Counted from the stretch's first letter, positions 12,848 to 22,834 are shown. The stretch is DNA of 64,000 nt from Vulcanimicrobiota bacterium (GCA_963833095.1 CAWHWQ010000005.1:384001-448000); one strand, 5' to 3'. Numbers and translations: made by a program. Notes: generated by a model from the letters alone, not told the origin.

Positions 12848-14037
12848 CGATCGAATCCCTCGCGCGACTACTCGGCGCGTGCGCGCGCGACCGCCGCGCG
12901 GTAGCGATCCAAGGCGGTAACACCCTGCGCGGCATGGGGCTACCACCGCTGCGCGCCGATGTCACGCTTTCGACGCTCGAGTTGAACGAGATCGTCGAAG
13001 ACGCTCCCGCCGATCTGACGATCGCGGTGCAAAGCGGCGTGACACTGCGCACCCTTTCGACGCGCCTTGCCAAGCATGGCGCGCACGTGCCCTTCGACGC
13101 GCCGCGCGCGGCTGACGCAACGGTCGGCGGTACGCTCGCCGCCGGCTGGCTCGGGCCGCGCCGCCATTGCTACGGGCGCCCGCGTGATTTTGTCATCGGG
13201 TCGGTCGCGGTCTTGGCCGACGGCACGATTGCGCACGCTGGGGGCATGGTCGTGAAAAATGTCTCAGGCTACGACTTGAGCCGGCTATACGTCGGCTCGT
13301 TCGGCACGCTCGCCGTGCTCGCGCAAATCAATTTGAAGACGATCGCCGCGCCGCCGGCGGCCCGCATGTTTCACCTGCGATTGCCCGTGGGGACGCGCGC
13401 ACGCGCGCTCGCGCAATTCGCACACTTGGCCATTGGGCCGTCGGCGGCATTTTGGATCGAAGGCCATCGCGGAACGGTCGATGGCGACGACGGCGACGAG
13501 GGCCGGATGTCGGTTTTGCTCGAGGGATCCCGGGCCGTGCTCGAACGCGCGACGCGGGATCTGCGTTCGGCGATGGGGCGAGCCGGCGTCCCCGAGACGC
13601 GGATCGTCGACGCCGGTGCGAACGAATCATTCGAGCGCATCGTCGACGCGTACGTCGCATGTCTGGGTGAACGCTCGATTACATACCGCATCCCGGCGTT
13701 TCCCGACGAGGTGCTACCGCGTGCGGACGCGTGCAAGGCTCTCGCCGAGCGCTTCGAACTGCGCACCGATACAATTGTCGACGCAATGAACGGCGACTTG
13801 CTTTTTCGCGTAAGCGATCTCGATGCGCGCGCCTTCGGCACCAAGATCGAGATGTTCGACGACGCCCTTCATGACGACGAGCCGCGCGCCGTCATCGTCG
13901 CCGGCAATCATCCCAGCCGCTCGCTGCTCAACGTGTGGGGAGAACCTCCCGACGGCCTCGAGCGCATGCGCGAACTCAAGAAGCAATTCGATCCGGGCAA
14001 CATTTTGAATCCCGGCCGCTTCGTTTCGGGACTGTAG
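12844..14037 (+). CDS. glcE: FAD-binding oxidoreductase, GlcE-like subunit
   Basis: ATVGGTLAAG..GPRR, GG.VVKNVSGYDL, GSFGTL, FDP..ILNPGR. Confidence 0.8.
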   Translation: MTIESLARLLGACARDRRAVAIQGGNTLRGMGLPPLRADVTLSTLELNEIVEDAPADLTIAVQSGVTLRTLSTRLAKHGAHVPFDAPRAADATVGGTLAAGWLGPRRHCYGRPRDFVIGSVAVLADGTIAHAGGMVVKNVSGYDLSRLYVGSFGTLAVLAQINLKTIAAPPAARMFHLRLPVGTRARALAQFAHLAIGPSAAFWIEGHRGTVDGDDGDEGRMSVLLEGSRAVLERATRDLRSAMGRAGVPETRIVDAGANESFERIVDAYVACLGERSITYRIPAFPDEVLPRADACKALAERFELRTDTIVDAMNGDLLFRVSDLDARAFGTKIEMFDDALHDDEPRAVIVAGNHPSRSLLNVWGEPPDGLERMRELKKQFDPGNILNPGRFVSGL

Positions 14038-14043
14038 CGGTAC

Positions 14044-15144
14044 GTGTTCGGCGACATCGTGTTTGCACTGAAAACGGTGCTGCGCAGCCCCGAGCGCTTG
14101 CGCGCCCTCTTTGCCGGGGGCCCGTCGACGGCGGTTGACCTCGTGCGGTTCATGACCCGCATCGTTCCACTTTCGGCTGCCAGCTTGGAAGCGATTCGCG
14201 AGCGAGCCGCCGCGATTCCCGATCCGCAGCTACGCGCGCAAGCCCTCGCCAGTGTCGACGGAAAGGCCTATCACGTCGCGGGAGCCTGCATTCTCGCGAC
14301 CTTTCTGCCGCCCGACGCTGCGCGTCGTTACGTGGCCATCGTCGCGCCGCTGGAGACGATCTACGATTATCTCGACAACCTGTGCGACCGTCATCCCGGC
14401 GTTAGCGTCGAGGCCTATCCCGTGCTCCATCAAGCCATCAGCGATGCGCTCGACCCTTCCGCACCGGCTCGCGACTATTACGCATGCGGACCGACCGGCG
14501 ACGACGGCGGCTACCTGCGCAACCTCGTGCAACGCACCCAACACGCGCTCGCGCAGGTGCCGCACCTCGACCTGCTGCGTCCGCGTTTCGCGCATGCGGC
14601 GCAACTCTATGGTGAAATGCAAACGCACAAACACTATCCCGCTGGTGAACGCGAACAACGCTGCGTCGCCTGGTACGAGCAGCATCGCGAGCGCTACAAA
14701 GACATCGACTGGCACGAGTTTGCGTCGGCGGCGGGATCGCAGTTTCACGTGTATGGACCACTCCTCGAGGCCTTTCTCGATCGGCGCGAAGCGATCGCGG
14801 GAACCTACGACGCGTACTTTCCGTACGTCAGCGCGGTGCACGTACTGCTCGATGCCTTCATCGATCAAGCCGAAGATCGCGAACACGGGGAATTGAATTT
14901 CAGCCGCGTCTACGGCGGCGCAGCCGCACTACGCTCGCGCGTGCGTAGCCTGTTCGATGCGGCACGGCAACGGCTCGGGGCGCTCCCCGGCGACCGGGCG
15001 CATCGTTTCGTCCTCGACGTGATGACGCTGTTCTATCTCAGCCATCCCAAAATCGCGGCGCAGGGCCTCGAGCGCGAGGCGCGGGCGCTGCTTCGCACGA
15101 ACGCTTTATCCAGGGACGCATACCACGGAGGGCTTCGCCGCTGA
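14044..15144 (+). CDS. YtpB/DUF2600-family terpene synthase (tetraprenyl-beta-curcumene synthase-like)
   Basis: IPDP.LR.QALAS, TIYDYLDNLCDR, DDGGYL..LV, W.EF..AAGS, YFP....HVLLD.FIDQAEDR..GELNF. Confidence 0.8.
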   Translation: MFGDIVFALKTVLRSPERLRALFAGGPSTAVDLVRFMTRIVPLSAASLEAIRERAAAIPDPQLRAQALASVDGKAYHVAGACILATFLPPDAARRYVAIVAPLETIYDYLDNLCDRHPGVSVEAYPVLHQAISDALDPSAPARDYYACGPTGDDGGYLRNLVQRTQHALAQVPHLDLLRPRFAHAAQLYGEMQTHKHYPAGEREQRCVAWYEQHRERYKDIDWHEFASAAGSQFHVYGPLLEAFLDRREAIAGTYDAYFPYVSAVHVLLDAFIDQAEDREHGELNFSRVYGGAAALRSRVRSLFDAARQRLGALPGDRAHRFVLDVMTLFYLSHPKIAAQGLEREARALLRTNALSRDAYHGGLRR

Positions 15145-16964
15145 ATCGCTTGATCGCCGCGCTCCTGAGCGCCAGTCTCCTTTACGCGCTGGCCGGGACC
15201 GCGCGCGCCGACGAACGCTCGAACGAGCAGCTCGTGATCGACGGGCCAAGCGCTGCCGCAGCCCAAGCCGACGCGGCGCGGATCAATCAAGAATCGCATT
15301 ACGCGAGCACGCCGGGCGACTATCACATCGCCCAGTGGATGCGTGGCGAGCTCGCTGCCGCCGGATTCATTGCGACTAACGAAGTTTTCACCCACGACGT
15401 GCCGTTTTCCAGATTTCTCGGGTTGGAAGAATTCCAGTATCCGCGCTGGACCAAGTTCAAACTCGGTGAGGTCCCCATTCCCGCCGATCCCGACGGGACG
15501 CGCCGCGACGCGGGGCCTCCCTTCAATGCGTGGAGCGGCAGCGGTGTCGCAGTCGCGAACGTCGTCGATGCGGGACATGGTCTTCCCGCGGACTATGAAT
15601 CGCTGGCTTCGCGCGGAGTCGACGTGCGTACGCGCATCGCGCTCATCCGCTATGGCCGTGAATTTCGTGGAGAACTCGCCAAGCGCGCTCAAGATCGCGG
15701 CGCAGCCGGCGTCATCTTCTTCTCCGATCCGGCGGATCCCGATGGATCGTTGCACGGGCCTGCCTATCCCGATGGACCCTACCGCCCGCTCGGCTCGGTG
15801 CAGCGTGGCGCGCTCGATCAGGACACTATAACTATTCCAACGTTGCCGATCAACGCGCTCAACGCGCAGCGCATTCTGTCAACGATGTCAAACGGTATCA
15901 GCAATGTGCCGTTCCGCCTCACCGTGCAGATGGACGTCAAGCACAACGTGAAGCTGTGGAACACTGTGGGCGTGCTGCCCGGTAAGGATCCGACGCATAG
16001 CGTGGTGATCGGCGCGCACCGCGATGCGTGGGTTTACGGCGTTACCGACAACGGCTCGGGTACGTCGGTCGTGCTCCAAGCCGCGCGCGCGATTGCCTAC
16101 CTGTATCGCGCCGGCTGGCGTCCGCAGTATTCGATCGTCGTCGTCGGGTTCGACGGCGAAGAAATCGGAGAGGTCGGCTCCAACGCGTACGTGCGCATGC
16201 ATCACGGCGAACTCGAGAGCGGCTGCCTAGCGTACATCAACGAAGACGAAATCACCACTGGACAATATTTCGGCGCGAGTGCAGCCGACGCGTTGCGCGA
16301 CGCGATTCTTCCGGCGACCGAAGTGATCCCCGATCCGGCCGCGCCCTCGCAAACGATCTTCAACCGCTGGCAGGCCCAAAAGGGCGGAAGCACCGTGCGC
16401 GGTCCAGGCGGTGGCTCCGACTTTGAACCCTTTCTCTACGATTTGGGAGTCCCGATCGTACAAGTCGGTTTTTACGGCATTTTCGGTGTGTATCACTCGG
16501 GCTTCGATGATCTCAACTACGCGATGACGCAGGCCGACCCGGGTTTCGTCAACCACCGCGCTATCTCGCAGCTCGTCGCGCTGCTAACCATGCGTCTCGC
16601 GAGCGGGATCATGCCGTATCGCCTGACGCCCTATGCTGCGACGCTGCGCAACGACGCGCAAACGCTCGCGGGAACGCAACATCACCGCGACCTCGCGCCG
16701 TTCCTCGCAGCGGTCAACCGATACGCAAATCGCGCGGCGACGGCGGATCACCGCGGGATCGACGGCAACGCCGAAATCGGCATCGTGCACCGGCTGGACA
16801 AACTTGCCTACGGACGCAACGGCTACGCGTCGGTTCCCCTTCCGATCGTCAATGACGCGCTTGCGCGCGGCGACGAGGCGGCGATCTCTGCTGCCGTCGG
16901 ACGTGCCGTTCACGATCTCGACGATATCTCGAGCGCGATCGCGAGCGCGACAACACGGCGCTAG
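15141..16964 (+). CDS. Secreted M28-family metallopeptidase with PA domain (glutamate carboxypeptidase II-like); start CTG 15141 or TTG 15150
   Basis: Signal peptide; GAHRDAW, DNGSG, DGEE, GSDF and YHS..D zinc/catalytic motifs. Confidence 0.85.
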   Translation: MNRLIAALLSASLLYALAGTARADERSNEQLVIDGPSAAAAQADAARINQESHYASTPGDYHIAQWMRGELAAAGFIATNEVFTHDVPFSRFLGLEEFQYPRWTKFKLGEVPIPADPDGTRRDAGPPFNAWSGSGVAVANVVDAGHGLPADYESLASRGVDVRTRIALIRYGREFRGELAKRAQDRGAAGVIFFSDPADPDGSLHGPAYPDGPYRPLGSVQRGALDQDTITIPTLPINALNAQRILSTMSNGISNVPFRLTVQMDVKHNVKLWNTVGVLPGKDPTHSVVIGAHRDAWVYGVTDNGSGTSVVLQAARAIAYLYRAGWRPQYSIVVVGFDGEEIGEVGSNAYVRMHHGELESGCLAYINEDEITTGQYFGASAADALRDAILPATEVIPDPAAPSQTIFNRWQAQKGGSTVRGPGGGSDFEPFLYDLGVPIVQVGFYGIFGVYHSGFDDLNYAMTQADPGFVNHRAISQLVALLTMRLASGIMPYRLTPYAATLRNDAQTLAGTQHHRDLAPFLAAVNRYANRAATADHRGIDGNAEIGIVHRLDKLAYGRNGYASVPLPIVNDALARGDEAAISAAVGRAVHDLDDISSAIASATTRR

Positions 16965-16967
16965 ATC

Positions 16968-17810
16968 ATGCGCGTTGGACTCGTAGGGGCCTCGGGCTTC
17001 ATCGGCCGGCATCTACGCGCTGCCCTGGTCGCGCGCGGCGATGAGGTCGTCCCGGCGTCGCTGCGCAACCCTACGGCAGCCGCCAATGCGGTACGCACTT
17101 GCGATGCCGTGATCAACCTCGCGGGGGAGCCGATCGCCCAGCGCTGGACGCCCGTTGCTAAGGAGCGACTGCGCAGCAGTCGCGCCGGCGCGACGCGCGC
17201 GTTGCTTGACGCTTTGGCTAGTGATAACCGGCGTCCGGCGGCCTACATCAGCGCATCGGCGATCGGCTACTATCCACCAAGCGAAACGCAAACGTACACC
17301 GAGGATAGTCCAGCAGGCCTCGATTTTCTCGCCGAACTGTGCGCCGCATGGGAGCTTGAAGCGCGGCGCGCGCCCGAACTCGGCATGCGTCTGGCTATCG
17401 TTCGCACCGGTGTCGCGCTGGGCGCCGACGGCGGGGCACTCGCCAAGATGCTGCCGCCCTTTCGCTTGGGACTCGGAGGCGTGGTTGGGAGCGGCAAGCA
17501 ATGGATTTCGTGGATCCACATCGACGACGTCGTCGGCATCTACTGCATGGCGCTCGACGGAGCAAGCGGCACCTTCAATGCGACCGCGCCGCATCCGGTC
17601 ACAAACGCCGAATTTACGCAAGCGCTCGGCACGACGCTGCATCGTCCGGCCGTTTTTACGGTTCCTTCATTTGCCTTGCGCATGATGCTCGGCGAAGGTG
17701 CCGGCATCTTACTGACCGGCGCTCGCGTGCTGCCCCAGCACACGCTCGAATCCGGCTACATGTTTCGGTTCACGGCCGTAGAAGACGCGTTACGGAATCT
17801 CTTACCTTGA
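16968..17810 (+). CDS. TIGR01777-family NAD-dependent epimerase/oxidoreductase
   Basis: GASGFIG, INLAGEPI..RW, SASAIGYY, GSGKQWISWIH.DD. Confidence 0.9.
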   Translation: MRVGLVGASGFIGRHLRAALVARGDEVVPASLRNPTAAANAVRTCDAVINLAGEPIAQRWTPVAKERLRSSRAGATRALLDALASDNRRPAAYISASAIGYYPPSETQTYTEDSPAGLDFLAELCAAWELEARRAPELGMRLAIVRTGVALGADGGALAKMLPPFRLGLGGVVGSGKQWISWIHIDDVVGIYCMALDGASGTFNATAPHPVTNAEFTQALGTTLHRPAVFTVPSFALRMMLGEGAGILLTGARVLPQHTLESGYMFRFTAVEDALRNLLP

Positions 17811-18142
17811 CGATTGCCTACGACGACTTTGTGAAAGTCGATATTCGTGCGGGAACGGTTTTGGCAGCCGAAGCGCTCGAGGGAGCGCGCAAGCCGGCCT
17901 ATAAGCTCCGCATCGATTTTGGCCCGGAGTTCGGCGAGCGCAACTCATCGGTGCAAATTACGGTGGTGTACCGAACCGACGAACTGATCGGCACGCAAGT
18001 CTGCGCGGTGGTCAATTTCGAACCCAAGCGCATTGCCGGATTTATCAGCGAGGTGCTCGTACTCGGCATGAACGATATTGAGGGCAACGTCGTGCTTGTT
18101 CGTCCGCAGTACCCCGTGCCCAACGGCACGCGCCTGTATTAG
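17807..18142 (+). CDS. csaA: CsaA-like tRNA-binding/export chaperone
   Basis: DF.KVDIR.G, ARKPAYKL.IDFG, SSVQIT, VVNF.PK.IAGF.SEVLVLG. Confidence 0.85.
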   Translation: MTIAYDDFVKVDIRAGTVLAAEALEGARKPAYKLRIDFGPEFGERNSSVQITVVYRTDELIGTQVCAVVNFEPKRIAGFISEVLVLGMNDIEGNVVLVRPQYPVPNGTRLY

Positions 18143-19080
18143 CTCGCGACTGTTTCCTTGATCGTGAACTCGAGCGCCTCGAGATAACGCTCCGCGTCCA
18201 TCGCGGCTCGGCACCCGGCGCCGGCTGCGGTGATCGCCTGCTTGTAGCGTATGTCGTTCACGTCGCCCGCGACGAAGACGCCGTCGATGTTGGTCTCGCT
18301 GCCGTCGGGCGAAACGATATAGCCCATCTCGTCCAAATCGAGCTGCCCTTGAAAAATTCCGGTGTTGGGCGTATGGCCGATTGCAATAAAGAGCGCATCG
18401 GCTTCATATTCCATCTCACTGTTGTCGTGCACGTTGCGCAACTTCAACCCCGTCATGTGGTGCTCGCCCAGCACCTCGTCGACGACGGTGTTCCAAATGA
18501 AATCGATTTTTGGATGCGAGCGCGAGCGCTCGGCCATGATCTTACTGGCGCGAAGCCCTTCGCGACGATGGATGACGGTCACCTTACGCCCGAAGCGGGT
18601 GAGGAACAGCGCTTCTTCCATCGCCGAATCGCCGCCGCCCACCACCACGATGTGCTTTTCGCGGAAAAAGGCGCCGTCGCAGGTCGCACAGGTCGAAACG
18701 CCGCGCCCGCGCAGTTTTTCTTCACCGGGAATCTCGAGCCACCGCGCGCTGGCACCGGTGGCGACGATTACGGTCTTGGCGTGAAATTCTTCGTCGGCGG
18801 TGCGAACGACAAACGGCTTCTTTGAGAAATCGACCGCAGTCGCATCGACATTCTCGATGCGCGCGCCGAAGCGTTCGGCCTGCTCGCGGAACTTGATCAT
18901 CAGATCGGGCCCCTGAATGCCCTCGGGAAATCCGGGGTAATTCTCGACCTCGGTGGTGAGCATCAACTGCCCGCCGTAGAGACCTCCCGCCAGAACCAGG
19001 GGTGCAAGATTTGCGCGGGCCGCGTAAATCGCGGCGGTCAGCCCGGCGGGGCCGGACCCGATGATGAGAACTCGTTCCAT
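18139..19080 (-). CDS. trxB: Thioredoxin-disulfide reductase
   Basis: GSGPAG, GGQL..TTEVENYPGF, CATCDG, GGGDSAMEEA, QAITAAG. Confidence 0.96.
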   Translation of the reverse strand: MERVLIIGSGPAGLTAAIYAARANLAPLVLAGGLYGGQLMLTTEVENYPGFPEGIQGPDLMIKFREQAERFGARIENVDATAVDFSKKPFVVRTADEEFHAKTVIVATGASARWLEIPGEEKLRGRGVSTCATCDGAFFREKHIVVVGGGDSAMEEALFLTRFGRKVTVIHRREGLRASKIMAERSRSHPKIDFIWNTVVDEVLGEHHMTGLKLRNVHDNSEMEYEADALFIAIGHTPNTGIFQGQLDLDEMGYIVSPDGSETNIDGVFVAGDVNDIRYKQAITAAGAGCRAAMDAERYLEALEFTIKETVAS

Positions 19081-19139
19081 GGTTGCTTGGGCTTCGACCC
19101 GTCGGCAGTGGCTCCCGGTTGCGCGGCGAAGAGCCCGCC

Positions 19140-19982
19140 ATGAGCCGCTGGCCGGATATCCCACTCGAGGACACCTTCGGCGACGTGCTGCGCAAAGCGA
19201 TGCGCGGCAATCGCGTCGAGACCCGCGCGTTGGCATCGCAGACGGGCATCGACGCCGCTGCCATCACGGCATGGCTGGCCGACGACGGCACCGCTAACGC
19301 GTCACAAGCGCGCGCGCTAGCCAAAGCGTTGAAGTTGAACGGCGAGCGCCTCGTCGAACGCGCCGCCGGTGCGTTCGCTCCGCCCAAGGTCGTAATGCAC
19401 GGCGTCCAGCAGCACACCCAAGATTCTCAGCCGAACAGCAACGGCTACATCCTCTTCCGTGGCGACCGCAAACGCGCTGCACTGGTCGATCCGGCAGGTA
19501 CGCCGCAGCGATTGCTGGATCTACTGCGCGAAGGCGGCTTCGACTTGGAGTATATCCTCGTCACGCATAAGCATAATGACCATTGTGGCGCTGTTGCCGC
19601 CATCGCACGAGCCTATCCCGACGCGCACATCGTCATGCATCCACTCGACATGCATGCAATCGGCGCTCTCGCGTCGAGCGCATATGCCGCGAATGACGGA
19701 GCGACCTTCCCGTTCGGCAATGATGCGCAGATTCGTGTGCTGCACACGCCGGGACACACCGACGGCTCAGTCTGTTATCTCGTCGACTCGACGGTCTTTA
19801 CCGGAGATATTCTCTTCTCGGGCAGCGTGGGCGGCGCGTACGGCGACGAGAGCACGTATGAGGACATACTTCAGAACGTACGCGCGAAGCTCTTTACGCT
19901 CCCCGAAGAGACGGTCATTATGCCCGGGCACGGGCCACCCTCTACGGTCGGCGCGGAGCGCGCGCACGACCCGTTCTTCTAG
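19140..19982 (+). CDS. MBL-fold metallo-hydrolase (glyoxalase II-like) with N-terminal XRE-like HTH
   Basis: THKHNDH, HTPGHT.G, FTGD.LF, PGHGP; N-terminal ~60 aa helical HTH-like segment. Confidence 0.85.
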   Translation: MSRWPDIPLEDTFGDVLRKAMRGNRVETRALASQTGIDAAAITAWLADDGTANASQARALAKALKLNGERLVERAAGAFAPPKVVMHGVQQHTQDSQPNSNGYILFRGDRKRAALVDPAGTPQRLLDLLREGGFDLEYILVTHKHNDHCGAVAAIARAYPDAHIVMHPLDMHAIGALASSAYAANDGATFPFGNDAQIRVLHTPGHTDGSVCYLVDSTVFTGDILFSGSVGGAYGDESTYEDILQNVRAKLFTLPEETVIMPGHGPPSTVGAERAHDPFF

Positions 19983-20052
19983 ATATTAGGGTATGTCGTA
20001 GCGCGCCGGAGTCGACAGCCGGAGAACGCCGTTCAAGAGTAGGCCAATTCGA

Positions 20053-20086
20053 AAAGAAGCTGCCGATGTCGATCGGCACCTTCTTT
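20053..20086. terminator. Probable bidirectional intrinsic terminator between convergent genes
   Basis: AAAGAAG-C-TGCCGAT-gtcg-ATCGGCA-C-CTTCTTT hairpin. Confidence 0.6.
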
Positions 20087-20426
20087 AGCGTGAGGCTTGC
20101 GGGACAATCAGTCGCGAGCCGTCGCTGCCGGTGATGACCGCGCCGCTCCGGTGCGGCGCATCCTCAGTTTCACGAATCAGCTCGAACTGCACCACCACGC
20201 TGCCCGACTTTGGAATCACTTCTGAGACCTTCGTCGGCGAGCAGACGCGCGTGTCACAAAACGCCGCGATCCACCCTTGCGCGACGCCGCTGGTGTTCAA
20301 GTGAATCGTCGTGCCCGGCGTCCCCGAGAGCGTCAGGCGATATTTTGCGGCCGCCTGCGTCGCCGTCGGTAGATCGCTTCCGCTCCAAGGCGTGATTCCG
20401 ATAGCGGCGAGGATGAGAATCAGCAT
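20085..20426 (-). CDS. Small hypothetical secreted protein
   Basis: AAGGA RBS, hydrophobic N-terminus, beta-rich body with CxxxxC. Confidence 0.65.
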   Translation of the reverse strand: MLILILAAIGITPWSGSDLPTATQAAAKYRLTLSGTPGTTIHLNTSGVAQGWIAAFCDTRVCSPTKVSEVIPKSGSVVVQFELIRETEDAPHRSGAVITGSDGSRLIVPQASR

Positions 20427-20439
20427 ACTGTCCTTTTTC

Positions 20440-21219
20440 CTACGTGCGCAGTTTATACCCGATAGCCATCAACCGTAACGCAGTCGAAAGCGCGATCGCA
20501 GCGAGCACGGCGATCGCACCGAGCGAGATCGGTAGAATCAGATATCCGCTTCCCGTATAGCTATAGCGGAACGCGTCAATCGTATAGAAAATCGGATTAA
20601 ATAGTTCGAGTCGTCGCAGCACCGGCGGTAGCATTTGGGCCGACGTGAACACGCCCCCGACAAAGGTGAGCGGTGTGATAATGAACGTATTGAGCACCGC
20701 CAGGTGATCGAACTTTTCGGCCATCAGTCCAAAGATCAGACCCAGTGACGAGAACAGGATAGAAACGATCGTCAGCACGACGAAGTAAAGGAACCAATCG
20801 CGCGGCCATGTGTGCACCAACACGGCGCCGAGTATCGTGATGAGCACCGCGATGAAATAGGCACGGACGAGCGAGCCGAGCACGTAGCCGAAGACGATCT
20901 CGACTGCCGACATCGGCGCGATGAGCATCTCCTGGATCGAGTTCATGAAGCGGCCCTGAAAGACCGAACTCGACGATTCACCGTACGACGAATCGATGGT
21001 CTGCAGCATGATCAGTCCGGGGATGAGAAACTGGGCGTAGCTCACACCTTGCACGCTCTTGATACTGCTGCCTAGCGCCAGCCCAAAGACAAAGACATAG
21101 AGCAGCGTCGAGATGATCGGCGGCCAAATCACTTGGTTGATGATTTTGAGGCTGCGAATCATTTCGCGCTTGATCAGCGTCCACAGCGCGACGCCGTTAA
21201 AGGAAGCAACGGCGATCAT
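20440..21219 (-). CDS. ABC-2 type transporter permease (YadH-like)
   Basis: Six TM segments, Y.QFLIPGLIM, ITPLTF.GGVF, NPIFY.ID.FRY. Confidence 0.9.
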   Translation of the reverse strand: MIAVASFNGVALWTLIKREMIRSLKIINQVIWPPIISTLLYVFVFGLALGSSIKSVQGVSYAQFLIPGLIMLQTIDSSYGESSSSVFQGRFMNSIQEMLIAPMSAVEIVFGYVLGSLVRAYFIAVLITILGAVLVHTWPRDWFLYFVVLTIVSILFSSLGLIFGLMAEKFDHLAVLNTFIITPLTFVGGVFTSAQMLPPVLRRLELFNPIFYTIDAFRYSYTGSGYLILPISLGAIAVLAAIALSTALRLMAIGYKLRT

Positions 21220-21950
21220 GCGCGCGTAAGTTCCAAGAATACGTCCTGCAGACTCGCCCCATCGGCGATTAGCTCTTGGGTCGGCTTCTGCGCGACGATG
21301 CGGCCTTGGCGAATGATCGCAATGTCCTTACACAACTCCTCGGCCTCTTCCAAATAATGCGTGGTAAGAAAGATCGTCAGGCCGTCACCATTGAGTTCGC
21401 GCAGCAGGTCCCATAGTTCCAGGCGCAATTCAACATCGACTCCGGCGGTCGGCTCATCGAGAATCAGGAGTCGCGGCTCATGGATCAACGCGCGAGCGAG
21501 CGTGAGACGGCGCTTCATGCCGCCCGAGAGTTTGGTGTACTCCTGATTCGCCTTGGAAGAAAGGCCAAAGCGTTCGAGCAGCATGTCGGATCGCGCCCGC
21601 ACGGCCGGACCGCGTAACCCAAAATACCCGGCTTGAAAAATCAAGACGTCACGAATCGAAAGGTAGCGATCGAAGTTATACTCTTGCGGCGCAAGGCCGA
21701 TCGCGCGACGCGCTTCGCGCCATTGCTCACGATTGTCGTAGCCAAAAACGTGAATCGATCCGCCGTCGGGGCGCGCGAGCCCGACGATCGCATTGATCGT
21801 CGTCGTCTTGCCGGCGCCGTTGGGGCCCAGAAAACCGAAAAACTCACCCGATTCAACGCGCAACGACACATCGTTGACGGCGGTGAAATCATCGTAACGT
21901 TTGACGAGATGGTCGATGACGATGGCAGGTTCTACGGTACAAATCCTTTG
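21216..21950 (-). CDS. ABC transporter ATP-binding protein (YadG-like); start uncertain
   Basis: GPNGAGKTT, LSGGMKRR, LILDEPTAGVD, TTHYLEEA. Confidence 0.9.
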   Translation of the reverse strand, partial: QRICTVEPAIVIDHLVKRYDDFTAVNDVSLRVESGEFFGFLGPNGAGKTTTINAIVGLARPDGGSIHVFGYDNREQWREARRAIGLAPQEYNFDRYLSIRDVLIFQAGYFGLRGPAVRARSDMLLERFGLSSKANQEYTKLSGGMKRRLTLARALIHEPRLLILDEPTAGVDVELRLELWDLLRELNGDGLTIFLTTHYLEEAEELCKDIAIIRQGRIVAQKPTQELIADGASLQDVFLELTRA

Positions 21951-22660
21951 AGGCGCCGATAGCGATGGCGACGCAGCGTGGCGATCAACTCGCCACTTCC
22001 AGGAATCCCGCAATCGGCGAGCTGGGTTGCAACTTTCTTGACGTCAAACTCGACGCGGCGGTGCTTGACCTCCCAGCCACCCACGCGCTCGGTGAAAATC
22101 GCATAGCAAGCGCGCGCATCGCCGTCCTTGGGCAATCCCGCCGAGGCGCAGTTCACCAACATCTTTCCACGCCAGACCCGAACGTAGGGAAGATGCAAAT
22201 GGCCAAAGGCGATCGTCGTCGCGCGCTCGTCGCCGATCATCCGCTCCAGCGTCGCATCATCGGCGTCCGGCCACAGGTGCTCGTCATCGTTGGCCGGATT
22301 GGCGTGCACGATGAGCAATTGATTTTCGTCTTCACCGATGCGGATCGCAAAGGGGAGATCGTTGAGCCACAAAAGCCACTTCTCACCCAGATCTCGACGC
22401 GTCCATTCCAGCTGCGCGTGTTCGGGGGTCTCGAAACGCTCCGCGCCCGGCGCGGAGAGATAGCGGTCGGTATTGCCGCGAATCGATTGCGCGCCGACCT
22501 CTTCGAGGCGCTGCAGCACTTTCTTCGGCTTGGGACCGTCGATGCATAGATCGCCTGCGGCGATAATCGCGTCGGCTCCGCCCTGCGCATGCAGATCGGC
22601 CAAACAGGCATCGAGCCCGACCAGATTTCCATGAATGTCGGAGAGAACCGCAACGCGCAT
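21932..22660 (-). CDS. Calcineurin-like metallophosphoesterase
   Basis: SDIHGN, GDL, GNTD, VH and GHLH motifs. Confidence 0.88.
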   Translation of the reverse strand: MRVAVLSDIHGNLVGLDACLADLHAQGGADAIIAAGDLCIDGPKPKKVLQRLEEVGAQSIRGNTDRYLSAPGAERFETPEHAQLEWTRRDLGEKWLLWLNDLPFAIRIGEDENQLLIVHANPANDDEHLWPDADDATLERMIGDERATTIAFGHLHLPYVRVWRGKMLVNCASAGLPKDGDARACYAIFTERVGGWEVKHRRVEFDVKKVATQLADCGIPGSGELIATLRRHRYRRLKGFVP

Positions 22661-22834
22661 TAGTGGCCCACGATATCCCAGCGAACGGGGAACCCAAAGG
22701 GCAGCCGCATGCGGAGCGCATCTACATCGTGGCTCTTCGCTCGCAAAGCGCTGCTTTTGTCGCTCATCGCTCCTTGTATCTGCGCCGCGCATGCGGCTGC
22801 GGCGCCGTTCGTTGGGACATTACAGGCCACTCGT

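Noticed and set aside
19983..20052. Possible small RNA ahead of the terminator
   Set aside because: Only weak structure and an imperfect promoter motif; insufficient support
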